Shown: positions 1 through 13,099 of the stretch, piece after piece
Layout of the letters: the number at the start of each line of letters is the position of its first letter
Position numbering within the stretch: position 1 is the first letter of the stretch
Assembly: GCF_003918875.1 (NCBI RefSeq)
Contig: NW_025767331.1
Span: 124,001 to 188,000, forward strand
DNA from: Haliotis rubra
Lineage: Eukaryota
Direction of reading: 5' to 3'
DNA: 64,000 nt
The notes under the pieces: generated by a model
The model's database searches: none
The model's input: only the letters and a program-made list of their open reading frames with translations
What the model was told of the DNA's origin: nothing
Program-made: the position numbers and the translations under genes

Positions 1-1427
1 ATACTTCTCTTCTGCTTTGTCAGCTGTAGCTTTGAGAGCAATGTTAGCTATACTGGGAGAAGATACAGCACCGAACATGTGGACTGCCATTCTGTATTCC
101 TCGAGTTCCAATTGCAGATCCCCGTCAGGCCACCACAGGAAACGGAGCTGGTCATGTTGTTCTAAGGGCACCTTAACCTGGTAGAACATTACCTCTATAT
201 CGGCCATAAATGCCACTGGTTCTGCACGGAATCTTGTAAGGACGCCTATCAGAGTGTTTGTGAGATTAGGACCCTGCAGTAGTCTGTCATTCAGAGATGA
301 GCCATTAAAGGTAGCACTACAGTCAAAGACTACCCGGATCTTTTGTGGCTTCCTGGGGTGGTATATGCCATGGTGGGGAAGATACCCGATTCTTTCAGGT
401 GAGGTGAAGATTTCACTAGGTGGTATTTTGTAGGCGTAGTTGCAAGCCAAGAGATTATCCACAAATGCGACATAATCCCTGTGATACTGATCATTTTCCA
501 ACATTTTCTTCTTCTGCCATTTTGCTCGCTTCGTTGCTTGCTCTCGATTATTTGCTGTTTGTGCCTCCTTGTCTTTAAATGGCAGGGGGAGCTGAAAATG
601 TCCGTCTACAAACTTCATGTTCTGTTTGGCAATACTAAGAAACTGGTCATCTTCTCTGGAGATGCCTTTATTGCCAGGTCCTTTACCTTGGTCCTTTTCA
701 CTGAAGTCCAGATGAAACATTTTGAGGATTCTATCTGGAGTGGGACATTCAGTCACCCTGGTTACCTCATGAAGGCTGGCTGTGTTACAGGTAAGGTTGT
801 TGTCTCCTTGGTTGTACTTTACATGAACAGGGCCATTGACTGTCCACCCAAGTTGATACAGTACAGCAAACGGGCTTTCTCCGTCAGTTGGCACTATACA
901 TTGGGGCTGCAGTGCTACAGGGCAGTTGCTTCCAATTAAGAGACCGACATCAGTGGATGGACTAAAGTCTGGCAACACATCTGCTACCTGCTTCAGGTGA
1001 GGAAATTGTTTCAGAACATTTGCATTCGGAATCTGATTATGGCTCACTGGTATATCTTCCCTTGTAAAACATTTTGGTAGACATATCTCGTTCTGGCCAT
1101 CTAAGTTTGACACAATGAGGTTTGCTACTGAGGATGTATTGACTGTATTTACACCATGCATAGTTTTCAGTTTCAACAATGAAGCGGTTGACGATGCATT
1201 TTACTCTTCAGCCAGATTATCAGTGACAAAACACCCTGTGCTACCACTGTCGAGAAGAGCATACGTCTTTATTTAGGTGTCTTTACCTTTCTGATGGACA
1301 AAATCTGGAAGGATGGCTTGAAGAACTATTTCTCCCAAGTCCAGGTTTGTATTGCAAGATGCTGAGACTGTATTGGTAGAGGCCACGTCTTTTGAAAGAT
1401 TGCCTATAATTGACTGGTTCTGTGACG

Positions 1428-2998
1428 CTACATAGTTGTCATCATGTAGGTGATGCTTACCACACCGTTTACATCGTCTTTTCTTTCCACAGCCTTTGGA
1501 AAAATGGTTGGATCCATAACACCCAAAGCACATCCGTTCTCTTTCAGGTAACTTCTCCTATCGTCCAGTGATTTCTGTAAAAGGTCAAGACAATCATCCA
1601 AATCATGATTCTTGCGACAGTAATAGCATGATAATGTTCTAGGTGAAGATACACTTGTAGAAAAGCTTGTTGACTTCTGTCTACTTGAACGAGATTGCAA
1701 CCCACTTCTTGAAGTACTTTCACATTTCTGGGGTTCCTCTTTGCTGAATACTGGTTCGTTGGCCGATTCTGCTGCAAAATGGACAAAGTCCACTACATCT
1801 TGGAAAGCAACCTCTCTCCCTTTCAGCCGTAGTGTGATCACCTGGTCTTGCCATCTATTCTGTAGGAACATAGGCAACTTGCTAATGACAGCCTTCAGAT
1901 TTCGGGCATGATTTAAGACAGCCATGTGAGACATGGTTTTCATTGCATGACCACATTTGATTAGGAAGAATGAAAATCGTCGAAGTTGTTTGGAATCATC
2001 ATTCTTCATGGATAGCCAAGACATGACTTGATTAACATAGGCATTTGATACTTTGTAAGGATCGCCATAATGTTTCTTCAAAAGCAACCGTGCTGAGTGG
2101 TAGCCTTCACTTGGTTCCATATACAAGCATCCAGATATCAAATCCTTAGATTCCCCAATTAGCAACTGATCAAGGTAATAGAGTCTATCAACATCCCTTG
2201 CAGTATTGGGCACGATTCGTGCATCAAAAGCCATCATAACTGTGATAAAGTCAATAGGGTCACCTTTGAATTTAGGCACTTCTGGTTGTGACAGCGATGT
2301 AGGTGATGGTGTAACTGACGACACGAATGGCGTCATGTTAGGATCAGTGGATGGGTAAGATGACATCACGTTGGGAATAGCAGATGGGTATGATGTCACG
2401 TTGGGAGCGACAGATGGGTATGACGTCACGTTGGGAGCGACAGATGGGTATGACGTCACGTTGGGAGCGGCAGATGGGTATGACGTCACGTTGGGAGCGG
2501 CAGATGGGTATGACGTCACGTTGACAGCTGGAGGTTGGTACGACGAAGTTACTTTGGGAGCTTCAGGCTGGTATGAAGTGTTGACAGCTGGAGAACTAAA
2601 TCTCAATAGAGGGTTTTCAACTTTAACATTAGACAAGGGTGTCAGTTCAAACTCTGCTAACACTTTCTCTCTGGCTTTGGCCTTAGCAATTTCCATATCC
2701 AATCTTAGCTCTTCAGTTTTTTGTTGTTGCTGCATAATTGCCCCTTGCATAGATTTCTGGGCGTTAAGTTCTGCTAGACGAGCACGTTCTTTTGCTAATG
2801 CTGACCTAGTTGATCTAGTAGAGGAAGACTTTGACACTTTTGACCCAGACACCCTGGATACACTCTCAAGCTGATCACTTAACAATCTCTCACTCCTCTC
2901 TATCCAACTATCAACGCTAACTCTAAATTCATCCCATGCAACCCTTCTGTCCTCATGACGTTCACTCTTACAAACTCTATCAGACTCTGATGTCATCA
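1428..2998 (-). pseudogene. gag: BEL/Pao gag core
   Basis: ORF 1428-3050; its first ~17 codons come from the inserted SINE. Confidence 0.8.
2330..2590. repeat. 30-bp coding tandem repeat in BEL gag (NVTSYPSAAP)
   Basis: gatgggtatgacgtcacgttgggagcggca, about 5 good units plus degenerate ones. Confidence 0.9.
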
Positions 2999-3330
2999 AG
3001 CGTCCGCCCGGAAAGCGAAAGGTTGCGGGTTCGAACCCCGACCGCGTCATACCAAAAGACGTTAAAATATGGTACTTGTTGGTCCCTGCCTGGCGCTCGG
3101 CATTAATGGGTTACAACAAGGACTGGTCGGCTCGGAGTCAGTATAATGTGTCTGAGTGGGGTATTCATGCTTCACTGTGGCATGGTATCTCAGTGGGCTA
3201 GCACTATAAAACCAGCTTCAGTCTGGGCTAGTACAAGCAGCCGCACATACACATACACACGCATGCACGTCGTCATATGAGCGAAATATTCTCAAGCACG
3301 ACGTAAAACCCAATTTCACCTCACCTCACC
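2999..3330 (+). mobile_element. SINE family A, 5'-truncated, inserted in BEL gag
   Basis: B-box ggttcgaacc, (tcacc)n tail, TSD tgatgtcatca at 2988-2998 and 3331-3341; homologous to the copies at 34215 and 38428. Confidence 0.9.
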
Positions 3331-3627
3331 TGATGTCATCATGCTGTAATTGGTGCTAAACTGAGCATCATACTGAGAATATCGGTCATTATACTCAACT
3401 AAATGACTAAATGCAAACGCTCACATGAACCATTTTGCATAAGTTTCAAAAGTTCATTTCTCTTTTTTGTAATAGCCCATAACAAAGAAGTCTGTTTATT
3501 TTTCATCAAACGCAGCTTTTCTGCTTTAACCCTTTTCAGTCAGCGTCTTTTTACGGGCACCACGTCCTGGTATTGCACCAGCACCATTATTACCACTCTC
3601 AGTATTCTGTACAGCAACAGCAGTGTC

Positions 3628-4131
3628 TTGACCTGGATCTTCATTGGTTTGACCTGGATCCTCCTCAGTGGTTTGACCTGGATCCTCCTCAGTGGTTTGA
3701 CCTGGATCCTCCTCAGGGGTTTGACCTGGATCCTCCTCAGTGGTTTGACCTGGATCCTCCTCAGTGGCTTGACCTGGATCCTCCTCAGTGGTTTGACCTG
3801 GATCCTCCTCAGTGGTTTGACCTGGATCCTCCTCAGTGGCTTGACCTGGATCCTCCTCAGTGGCTTGACCTGGATCCTCCTCAGTGGTTTGACCTGGATC
3901 CTCCTCAGTGGTTTGACCCTGGTTTGACCTGGATCCTCCTCAGTGGTTTGACTTGGATCCTCCTCAGTGGTTTGACCTGGATCCTCCTCAGTGGTTTGAC
4001 CCGGATCCTGTTCAGTGGTTTGACCTGGATCCTCCTCAGTGGCTTGACCCGGATCCTGTTCAGTGGCTTGACCCGGATCCTGTTCAGTGGCTTGACCCGG
4101 ATCCTGTTCAGTGGCTTGACCCGGATCCTCG
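3628..4131. repeat. 27-bp minisatellite in the BEL gag N-terminus (TTEEDPGQ-type units)
   Basis: ttgacctggatcctcctcagtggt-type units, about 18, with a frame-shifting irregularity near 3918. Confidence 0.9.
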
Positions 4132-5254
4132 AGTTTAACATCAGGATTGTCACCAGATACCACAATATTGTCAAAATTGCCACCTGCTGCCATGATGTTG
4201 ATCAAATATTACTTGCACAAAGCTGTCACTATATCTACTGAACATTCAGTTAAATATGCAATACATGTACAACCACTTGACAGCTATCACTATGCAATGT
4301 ATTTCATCAATGTCCATATGATGCACAAGTTCATACTTTAATTTCATCCATTTTCTGAACTAAGTGTTGATGCAAGAACTACAAATCCGAAAATCTCACA
4401 CCATTTATCAAAGTTTATTCACTGGAGCATATTCGTCATGTTCATTTATTAACGTTGTGGCATTTGGTTGTACTGGTGACAATTTGGCAATATAACCTTG
4501 ACGACATTGAAGTCCACATGTCAAGGGACGGTTAGAAACTGTCGGCACAATACTACACAAATCCATGAATTGGTAACATTAAAGCTGGTCTCTTCCATTA
4601 GCCTTTAGATAGACCAGTTCATTAAATGGCGAGGTTCAGAAACTAAAAAAGAAACAAAAAATACCTTACTAAATATGTTTTGACAAACGGTACCATAAAA
4701 CAGTTTCTCAAACAAATAACTTACAGCAGCATAACTTGAAGGCATAATTACTGCTATGTTAGTAGTTACATTGGCTGAATAATAATTCAAATGAAACATG
4801 AATTGAGAATAGAATTATTTCTGCAATGAAATGCAAACATAACTTTAGAATTCAAATTCCTATTCAATAACCATAAGCATGATAAAATACAATACTCAAA
4901 ATAAGTCATTACTCAAACCTTCAGAATTGACAGATAACCTCAAATACACGAAATAAACTTCATTCACACAACTGTACACCATGAGGCCCTCCACTGTTAT
5001 GCCATGTGGCTGGATTGCATGAACTGCACATGCTTTGGGTCACATGACCGCACAATGCCCCAGCACCTCTCTAGACTTACTGCTAGGCTCTTATGAAAAC
5101 TGATTACATGAAAAGACCACTGAAATTACTTCTTGCTTTTTGGTAACTTGTTAGAATATAATTGAAATATAATTTAAATGACAGAAAACTACTTTTGGAA
5201 AAGAAAATTATGAAAACAATTTGCAATTAGCATTGAAAACAAAATCTGCATTCA

Positions 5255-6580
5255 CACATCACTGACATAGTGCTCTATTCTCCCCAGTACCCCACTCAAT
5301 TTGTGTTCTATTGTCTTCAGTAGCTCACTCACATGGTGTTTTATTGTCTCCAGTACCTCCCTCAGATAGTGTTCTCTTGTCTCCAGTACATCACTCACAT
5401 AGTGTTCTATTGACTCCAGGACCTCACTCACATAGTGTTCAATTGTCTCCTATTGTCATGGTGTTCTACTCACATGGTGTTCTATTGTCTCCAGTACATC
5501 ACTCACATAGTGTTCTATTGACTCCAGGACCTCACACACATGGTGTTCTATTGTCTCCAGTACATCACTCACATAGTGTTCTATTGTCTCCAGTACATCA
5601 CCCACATGGAGTTCTATTGACTCCAGGAACTCACACACATGGTGTTCTATTGTCTCCAGTACATCACTCACATAGTGTTCTATTGTCTCCAGTACCTCAC
5701 TCACAAAGTGTTCTATTGACTCCAGGACATCACACACATGGTGTTCTATTGTCTCCAGTACATCACTCACATAGTGTTCTATTGTCTCCAGTACATCACT
5801 CACATGGTGTTCTATTGTCTCCAGTACATCACCCACATGGTGTTCTATTGTCTCCAGTACCTCACTCACATAGTGTTCTTTTGTATCCCATACCTCACAC
5901 ACATGGTGTTCTACTGTCTCTAGGGTGTTCTATTGCCAGTACACTCACTCACAGAGTGTTCTATTGTCTATTGTCTCCATTACCTCACTCACATAGTGTT
6001 CTATTTTCTCCAGTACATCACTCACATGTTGTTCTATTGTCTCTAGGGCCTCACCCACATAGATTTCTATTGTCTCCATTACCTCACTCAAGTAGTGTTC
6101 TATTTTCTCCTGTACATCACTCACATGGTGTTCTATTGTCTCCTTTACCTCACTCACATAGTGTTGTATTGTCTCCCTTACCTCACCCACATGGTGTTCT
6201 ATTGTCTCCCTTACCTCATTCACATAGTTTTCTATTGACTCCAGTACATCACTCACATGGTGTTCTATTGTCTCCCTTACCTCACCCACATAGATTTCTA
6301 TTGTCTCCAGTACCTCACTCACATAGTGTTCTATTGACTCCTGTATCTCACTCACATGGTGTTCTGTTGTCTCCATCACTCACATGGTGTCCAGTACATC
6401 ACTCACATGGTGTTCTATTGTCTCCAGTACCTCACTCACATAGTGTTCTATTGTCTCCTGTACCTCACTCACATGGTGTTCTGTTGTCTCCCTTACCTCA
6501 CTCACATGGTGTTCTATTGTCTCCAGTACCTCACTCACATTGTGTTTTATATTCTCCAGTACTTCACTCACATGGTGTTC
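5255..6580 (+). repeat. 33-bp splice-acceptor-derived minisatellite, about 40 degenerate units
   Basis: Unit tacatcactcacatggtgttctattgtctccag; the array runs directly into exon 4 of paralog 1. Confidence 0.95.
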
Positions 6581-9449
6581 GGCATTATAGCGATTGTGGT
6601 CATGTCTCCCATTCCCCTGATTAGACTCCTTTCCATTTCTGAATTCGTTACCGAAGACCTCAGCCAGTGTGTCTCCCACGGAACCATATGCCAGTGCCCG
6701 TAGGTCTCACTTGTGACTTTTTGGTTGTTATGTTACCGTCTATATATAGAGCATATGTACGTTTGTTGGAGCAAGAAAAGGGTCTTCATGCATGATTCAG
6801 AACTAAAACTTTGATAAGTTTCATTGAAGTTTAAATGGGCTATTACTGTTGAGAAATGATGAAGGTAGAAACTGCCCAGTATGTGTATGGGATGAATATC
6901 GTTCTTGTGCTTCTTATGATGTTGTGACGTTTTAAAAATAACCAAAGACATGTATCGCTTATGTAAATATGTATGTATTTAATACGTCACAAACGATACT
7001 GAAGGAATAAAGTGATTCTACCTGTATATTTATCATGCGTACATTGGATATAGCTGTTTAGAAATACTGCCAACAATAACGTAAACTTCCATGGGACTTC
7101 ACAGGAATTCCAAGTCGGCACCAATGCCCTGTGACGTCTGGCACAGCGACAACGCCAGCATTCTCGTGTTGGTACTCCTCACTATCGCAGCATGGGTTCT
7201 CTCCCTTGTCGGCAGTGTTCTGTCTTGCATCCTCAGTCGCTGACGCGAGGTAAGTGTTCCACTACACTAAATCAGAATCACATGCTCCCTGAGCGAGAGC
7301 CGTATGTTAACAACTGAAGAGACAGAGACATGTGACAGCTGTGATTGGATGAAATAGTGTGAGATGTTTATGCTTTTTAAAAGCACATCCATCCAGTAAT
7401 TAAAACTGACCACAATTTTAAGTATTTAGTCCTGTGATGTTTATCACATGACTTATGCTTATTGTGTGTACAGATATTTTTCAGTAGGTGACATTTGGTG
7501 CGGAACTGGGGTTGATGTGTTCCGCTTCCTGTGCTGGGAAAATGAGCCGGACAATTTGGCCAGAAATTGTGTTTTATTGTAGTTTGAAGGCCTGACTGTA
7601 GCCATGTGTACCTGGAATGACTGTTGATAGCCTGGATGATTTAAACAAAAATAAAAGGGTTCTATAGAAGTCTATGGGAAAACATTTGGTGTTGTGTAAC
7701 CTTAGCGGCTTCTTAACATGGTCCATGCAACCTGAACATCTACAGCCTGCGCCACTTCCATTCGACGAGGCGCTGTGGTATAACTCAATACCGTCTAAGA
7801 GGCGTTAAACAGACCAATCGCTGTGTCATTGTACTCTAAAACACGTCCACAGACACAATGTCGTAGGCCGCGACGTACCGGTCGGTAAGGTTGTAGGGCG
7901 TAGTGGGTTGTCTGTCATCACACCCAGTGGATTGTTGGTCATACCTGACACTGAGTTTGTCAGGACCTTACTCATGCTTGGTGCTTTCACTACAGTTATG
8001 TAGGTCCAAAAGCTGAACCACTTTAAGGCCGGGGCGCAAACCTCCAAAACTTCCAAATAGTCCCCCCATTTGCTACTCCTCAGCGGTGAAGATGTTATCA
8101 GCCCGTGAGTGACAAGGCTGTAACGGCTATGGGTGCCTGGCAAGAGCCTGGCGATGTCTAAGGTTAACCTTGGAATTTACTACTAGAATAAACATCATTC
8201 TCTTCCCACAGAGGTTACTCCTGTCATATCTTCCTACGTAACCTCTGTTCTAATACGGCCCTTTCATGGTGTGAGCGTTCAAGACTCGTGATTGGAGGCA
8301 ATCAGATTTAGTTGTGCAATCAGCGACGTTGTTTCAAAAGTGATCATTCGCAAGGCCTCGGTAATTTCCGTATGCTTCCAGGAAACTAAACCTATTCCCC
8401 TGCGCGATGCGCAAACGTTTCTTCTAGACAGAACTCAGTCATGTTATGGCGGGTCAGTGGCGTCTCCATCGCCCCCGTTGACAACGGACAAACTAGCCAT
8501 TAAACGTCTTGTGTGTAACATCAACACAAGTCCCCGGCAGATGGGGGGATATTTGGGGCCCCACATTTGCTTGTGTTAGTCAAGTTGAATCTAAGTCGAT
8601 GTAACACGTGTTCTGATTGGATAGAAAGAAGGGAGATAATTCGTGTTGCAATCTTTTGCCGCTAGGGGATTTTACGAGAACCGGGAAATATGGCCGTATT
8701 AGAACAGAGGTTACGTAGGAAGATATGACAGGAGTAACCTCTGTGGGAAGAGAATGGAATAAACATATGCCTTATGGTAAATATCCAGCAACCCTTTCAC
8801 TTCATATTTTGATGACTAAAGAGACTAATTTGATTAGCATATATGAAACATCAAATTTTACTGATATTCTGAATTTACAATCTTCAGCAAAGAGATGTCA
8901 GCATCAGATAAGTTTACAACCCTAGCCCTGCACAGCATGGTGTCAGGGGAGTGGGGGAGGGGGGCATTTTCCCACCCTGCCTGAAATATGAAACCCTGAA
9001 TGATACATTTCCCTACTCCAAGGCTTGTTTCTATGGAAACGCACCTCCTCTGGCCACCTGACTGACACAGTGGGAAATTCAAATCTGTATTTAAAAATGA
9101 GAAATATATTTTCAAAATGTATGTTTTGTAGACTCTCTGCATCCATACTTTTGCTGTGAGTCTTCATAACATACTTCTTCATACTATGACTTAATATCAG
9201 CCTGAACTGGTAAGACAATTTTGTGATATTTCATTGAATGTACTTGAATACTGCAGCGCTTTGCATCAAAAGACAGCTTTGACGAGGCCACACCCCATCT
9301 GTGTATAGGTTTGAACCCCGGCCTTTAAGGCTTGTCTCGCTCACAGATCTGACATGTCGTGATTTACCTGTTAAAACTGACTCAACACTTCCTTCACAGC
9401 CTGTGAACATCGTCATCCTGAGATCCCCCATCATCCCCGCATCATCTAG
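6560..9449 (+). pseudogene. MS4A-like paralog 1, pseudogene; exon 4 6560-6699, exon 5 7105-7249, truncated exon 6 9400-9449
   Basis: Exons and flanking introns are homologous to paralog 2. There is an AGA>TGA stop at 7241-7243, polar/Pro substitutions in TM3 (MSPIPLIRLL) and a large deletion in exon 6. Exons 1-3 are not seen in the window. Confidence 0.8.
8196..8756. mobile_element. MITE with ~65-bp perfect TIRs and 10-bp TSD (Mutator-like)
   Basis: cattctcttcccacagaggttac...ggcc and its reverse complement ending at 8756; TSD gaataaacat at 8186-8195 and 8757-8766. Confidence 0.9.
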
Positions 9450-9559
9450 TGCACCTGGAGAAGGAGCATGTGGGTCTTGAAGTACAACTGCTGTTTCTCG
9501 TCAGATGCTTAAATATTCTCTTGGGTGGGGAAGACGTGTTATTGTAGTCTTCCCTATCC

Positions 9560-10877
9560 ATTTCTCTTCAGATTACCTCGAAGTTTTATTGCTGGGTAGA
9601 GTAATTATGAAAATCAAGGGCAGGTACTTTACGATTATCTTTATAGTTGCATTCAACCATTTCTGCGATGTTGTTAGTAAATACAATTCCTAATAGTGTA
9701 AACGAGTCACTCTTCCAGTCTAAATTCCAGTTTCAACAAAATTTTCTTCTAGAGTTTTATTCTGAGCCTATCCATAATACCTGTGTTTTGTTTACATTTA
9801 TTTTTAAGCCTGAAAATGAGGCATATGTACTAAGAATTTCTAGTGTCGCCTGTAAACATTTTTCAGTGCCATCTAGTATCAACGAAGTATCATCAGCGTA
9901 TTGGGAAACTAGTTATTCTGTATCTCCAATTTGTATTCCTTTTATTTCATTATTATTTCTAATCATTGTTGCCAAAATTTCTGCGCACAGTATAAAAATA
10001 TAAGGGAGATGGGATCTCCTTGTCTGCATCCTCTTGAGATATTGAAATAATTTGAAAGGAAACCATTTACAGCAACACATGATTGAATGTTATTAAAGAA
10101 GGTATTTATCCATCTTGTAATCGATGGTCCAAAGTTAAAGAATAGAAGAACTTTTTGACTGAAATGCCAGTCAACAGAATCGAATGCCTTTTCAAAGTCA
10201 ATAAGAAGTAGAATTCCTGGTATTTATCATATATAATATTCAGTATATATATTCATGATAGTCAATATATATCAGGCAAGTACACTCATCAATATATCTT
10301 TTTGACATAAACCCTTTTGATCCTCATTTATTATAGAGGGTAGGACTGTTTTTATTCTGTTTGCAATGGTTGATGATCCGATTTTATACGCTACATTCAC
10401 CAATGAAATGGGTGTCCAATTCTGAAGCAAATGTTTGGATTTACCTTTTTTTGGAAAACAGGTTATAATGCCTTGCTTTTGATTCAAAGACAATTCTCCT
10501 TTCTCGTAAGCTAAATTTAATGATCTTATGAGAAACTCGTGAATATTGGACCTAAATTTTTTGAAGAATTCAACAGTGAAACCCGATGAGCCAGGACTTC
10601 TTTCATTTTTCATTTTTTAAGACTGTTTAATACTTCTTCATATCTTAATTGTCCTTCTAGATTTTCTTGTTGATAGCTTTTTTGATAGCTTTGGTAGGTC
10701 TATGTTTTTAAGCATTTCTGTTAGGTTCACTTTTTCGCATGGTTTTTTCGTGTATAGGTTATGGTAAAACGATTTAGAAAAAAGATCTTCTTTTTTGGTT
10801 AGGGTTTCCTTTTGATTGTTTTCAAGTTTAATATATTGCTTTGTTTAAAAAGTTTCGATTTTCTAGAGACAGAAAAT
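9560..10877 (-). mobile_element. L1/Tx1-clade LINE reverse transcriptase fragment
   Basis: SPGSSGFTVEFFK...GIITCFPKKGK..NWTPISLVNVAYKI (ORF 10272-10613), then IDFEKAFDSV, RGCRQGDP and QYADDT downstream; frameshifted. Confidence 0.9.
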
Positions 10878-11204
10878 ATTTGTAATTGTGTTTTGTTCAG
10901 TTGGATATTTGATTTACGGTTCCCACTGTTTGAAGAGACTTTGGTTGCTTGTAAGTCAGCGATGTTGTTTTATTAAATTCGATTTTTTTCTTCATCCGTG
11001 TCAAACTCTGGTTGTCTGTTCCGTCCGAACGTCTCTCTGTAGAGCCCGGTGAATCACTGTGACGCCCTCCTCGCTATGTCACTCACACGAGAGTCCGTTA
11101 CAGTATCAAGATACAGGATTGATACTTTATGTGTACAGGCTAATGGAGGCTGAATCACAGGTTTACTTGTGGTGTAGGTAGGTCAGGCATGGAGTGAGTT
11201 GAGG

Positions 11205-12355
11205 GGACCCCGATGATAATCACAGAGCAGTAATTTATGAGGATCCCGATGATAATCACAGAGCAGTAATTGATGGGGATCCCGATGATAATCACAGAGC
11301 AGTAACTTGATGGGGACTCCGATGATAATCACAGAGCAGTAACTTGATGGGGATCCGATGATAATCACAGAGCAGTAACTTGATGGGGACTCCGATGATA
11401 ATCACAGAGCAGTAACTTGATGGGGACTCCGATGATAATCACAGAGCAGTAACTTGATGGGGATCCTGATGATAATCACAGAGCAGTAACTTGATGGGGA
11501 CTCCGATGATAATCACAGAGCAGTAACTTGATGGGGACTCCGATGATAATCACAGAGCAGTAACTTGATGGGGATCCTGATGATAATCACAGAGCAGTAA
11601 CTTGATGGGGACTCCGATGATAATCACAGAGCAGTAACTTGATGGGGACTCCGATGATAATCACAGAGCAGTAACTTGATGGGGATCCTGATGATAATCA
11701 CAGAGCAGTAACTTGATGGGGACTCCGATGATAATCACAGAGCAGTAACTTGATGGGGACTCCGATGATAATCACAGAGCAGTAACTTGATGGGGATCCT
11801 GATGATAATCACAGAGCAGTAACTTGATGGGGACTCCGATGATAATCACAGAGCAGTAACTTGATGGGGACTCCTGATGATAATCACAGAGCAGTAACTT
11901 GATGGGGACCCCGATGATAATCACAGAGCAGTAACTTGATGGGGACTCCGATGATAATCACAGAGCAGTAACTTGATGGGGACTCTGATGATAATCACAG
12001 AGCAGTAACTTGATGGGGACCCCGATGATAATCACAGAGCAGTAACTTGATGGGGACCCCGATGATAATCACAGAGCAGTAACTTGATGGGGACCCCGAT
12101 GATAATCACAGAGCAGTAACTTGATGGGGACCCTGATGATAATCACAGAGCAGTAACTTGATGGGGACTCCGATCGGTGGCAGATCCAGGGGTGTGTGTG
12201 TGTGAGGGTTCGACCCCCCCCTTTTTTGTGTGTGTCGAAAATGACTTAAGACCACATTGCAAAAATACAAATTTGCGTTGGCGGAGCCAAGGGGGGTTCA
12301 AAATTCCTGGATCCGCCAATGCCGATGATAATCACAGAGCAGTAACTTGATGGGA
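11205..12355. repeat. 37-bp minisatellite (about 27 units) with a 3-unit higher-order repeat
   Basis: Unit ccgatgataatcacagagcagtaacttgatggggact. Confidence 0.95.
12175..12321. mobile_element. Small MITE inside the 37-bp array
   Basis: Imperfect 16-bp TIRs cggtggcagatccagg / cctggatccgccaatg; ccgat is duplicated at 12170-12174 and 12322-12326. Confidence 0.75.
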
Positions 12356-12890
12356 ATCTGAACTCGAGCAGCAAATACCAAGAAAAAAGGTTGTAAAGAG
12401 ATAAAAGGAAGTTTCACTAACAACCCATATCGTTATTCTAACGCCATAAAATACGACTTTCCATCCGATAACCGTTTACACCAAGTATAAAACCTGTAAT
12501 AAACATGAAAAGTAAACACATGAACATTACACCCTGATCAAAGTCGTTAGTACACACAATCTAGGTAATGCCATAGTGTGGTTCTGACTTTCAAACGTTT
12601 GTCGGCAATCATTGTTAAATACATATCCGCGTGTGTCATGCCTATAGATTCGTGTGTAAGCAGGCTTGGTAGTGTAAAGATGGCTGATAGAATTGCACAC
12701 CTGGGCCCGCCTGCACAATACGATCTTAGCGCTACGACAAGCTTAAGGCTGTGTTAGATATGGGAGTTACGATCTCTTTGAGGGACCAGATCATAATCCT
12801 GATTGTCAGCATATAAATTAAAATGTCTACATTTTCTGCTTACTGACTTATTTATTCATCGATTCTTTTGCTTTCAATCACGATGTTAGG

Positions 12891-13066
12891 GAGTGAGTGA
12901 GTGAGTGAATTTAGTTTTACGTTTACGCCGCTTTTAGCAATATTCCAGCAATATCACGGCAGGGGACACCACAAATGGGCTTCACACATTGTATCGATGT
13001 GGGGAATCGAACCCGGGTCTTCGGTGTGACGAGCGAAGACTTTAACCACTAGGCTACCCACCGCCC
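12891..13066 (-). mobile_element. SINE family B (tRNA-Asp-like head, ctca tail)
   Basis: A/B boxes and tail gctggaatattgctaaaagcggcgtaaa; about 10 copies in the window. Confidence 0.9.
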
Positions 13067-13099
13067 GGTGAACTACTTCGTAGTCAGTTGGAGAAAAGG

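Larger units (their letters stand above)
1..4205 (-). mobile_element. BEL/Pao LTR retrotransposon, degenerate gag-protease-RT, running off the left edge
   Basis: Gag with PKFKGDPIDF...RLYYLDQLL...YGDP (DUF1759-like) and Cys-His knuckles (CYYC..NHDLDDC, CFGC..NH...C). Protease motif YALLDSGSTGCF near 1230-1265. RT motifs YLPHHGIYHP..KIRVVFDCS, LLQGPNL and ADIE.MFYQV at 1-390. Frameshifts are present; no LTR could be delimited. Confidence 0.9.

Noticed and set aside
3403-4241. Plus-strand repeat ORFs (LTWILLSG, DLDPPQWF)
   Set aside because: Shadow frames of the 27-bp repeat in BEL gag.
4560-5120. Possible 5' LTR/PBS of the BEL element
   Set aside because: The partner LTR is outside the window and no convincing TG..CA boundary or PBS could be fixed.
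5311-6624. 437-aa His-rich ORF (SPVHHSHGVLL repeats) as a metal-binding protein
   Set aside because: It is an alternative frame of the 33-bp acceptor minisatellite, has no ATG start, and runs out of frame through exon 4.
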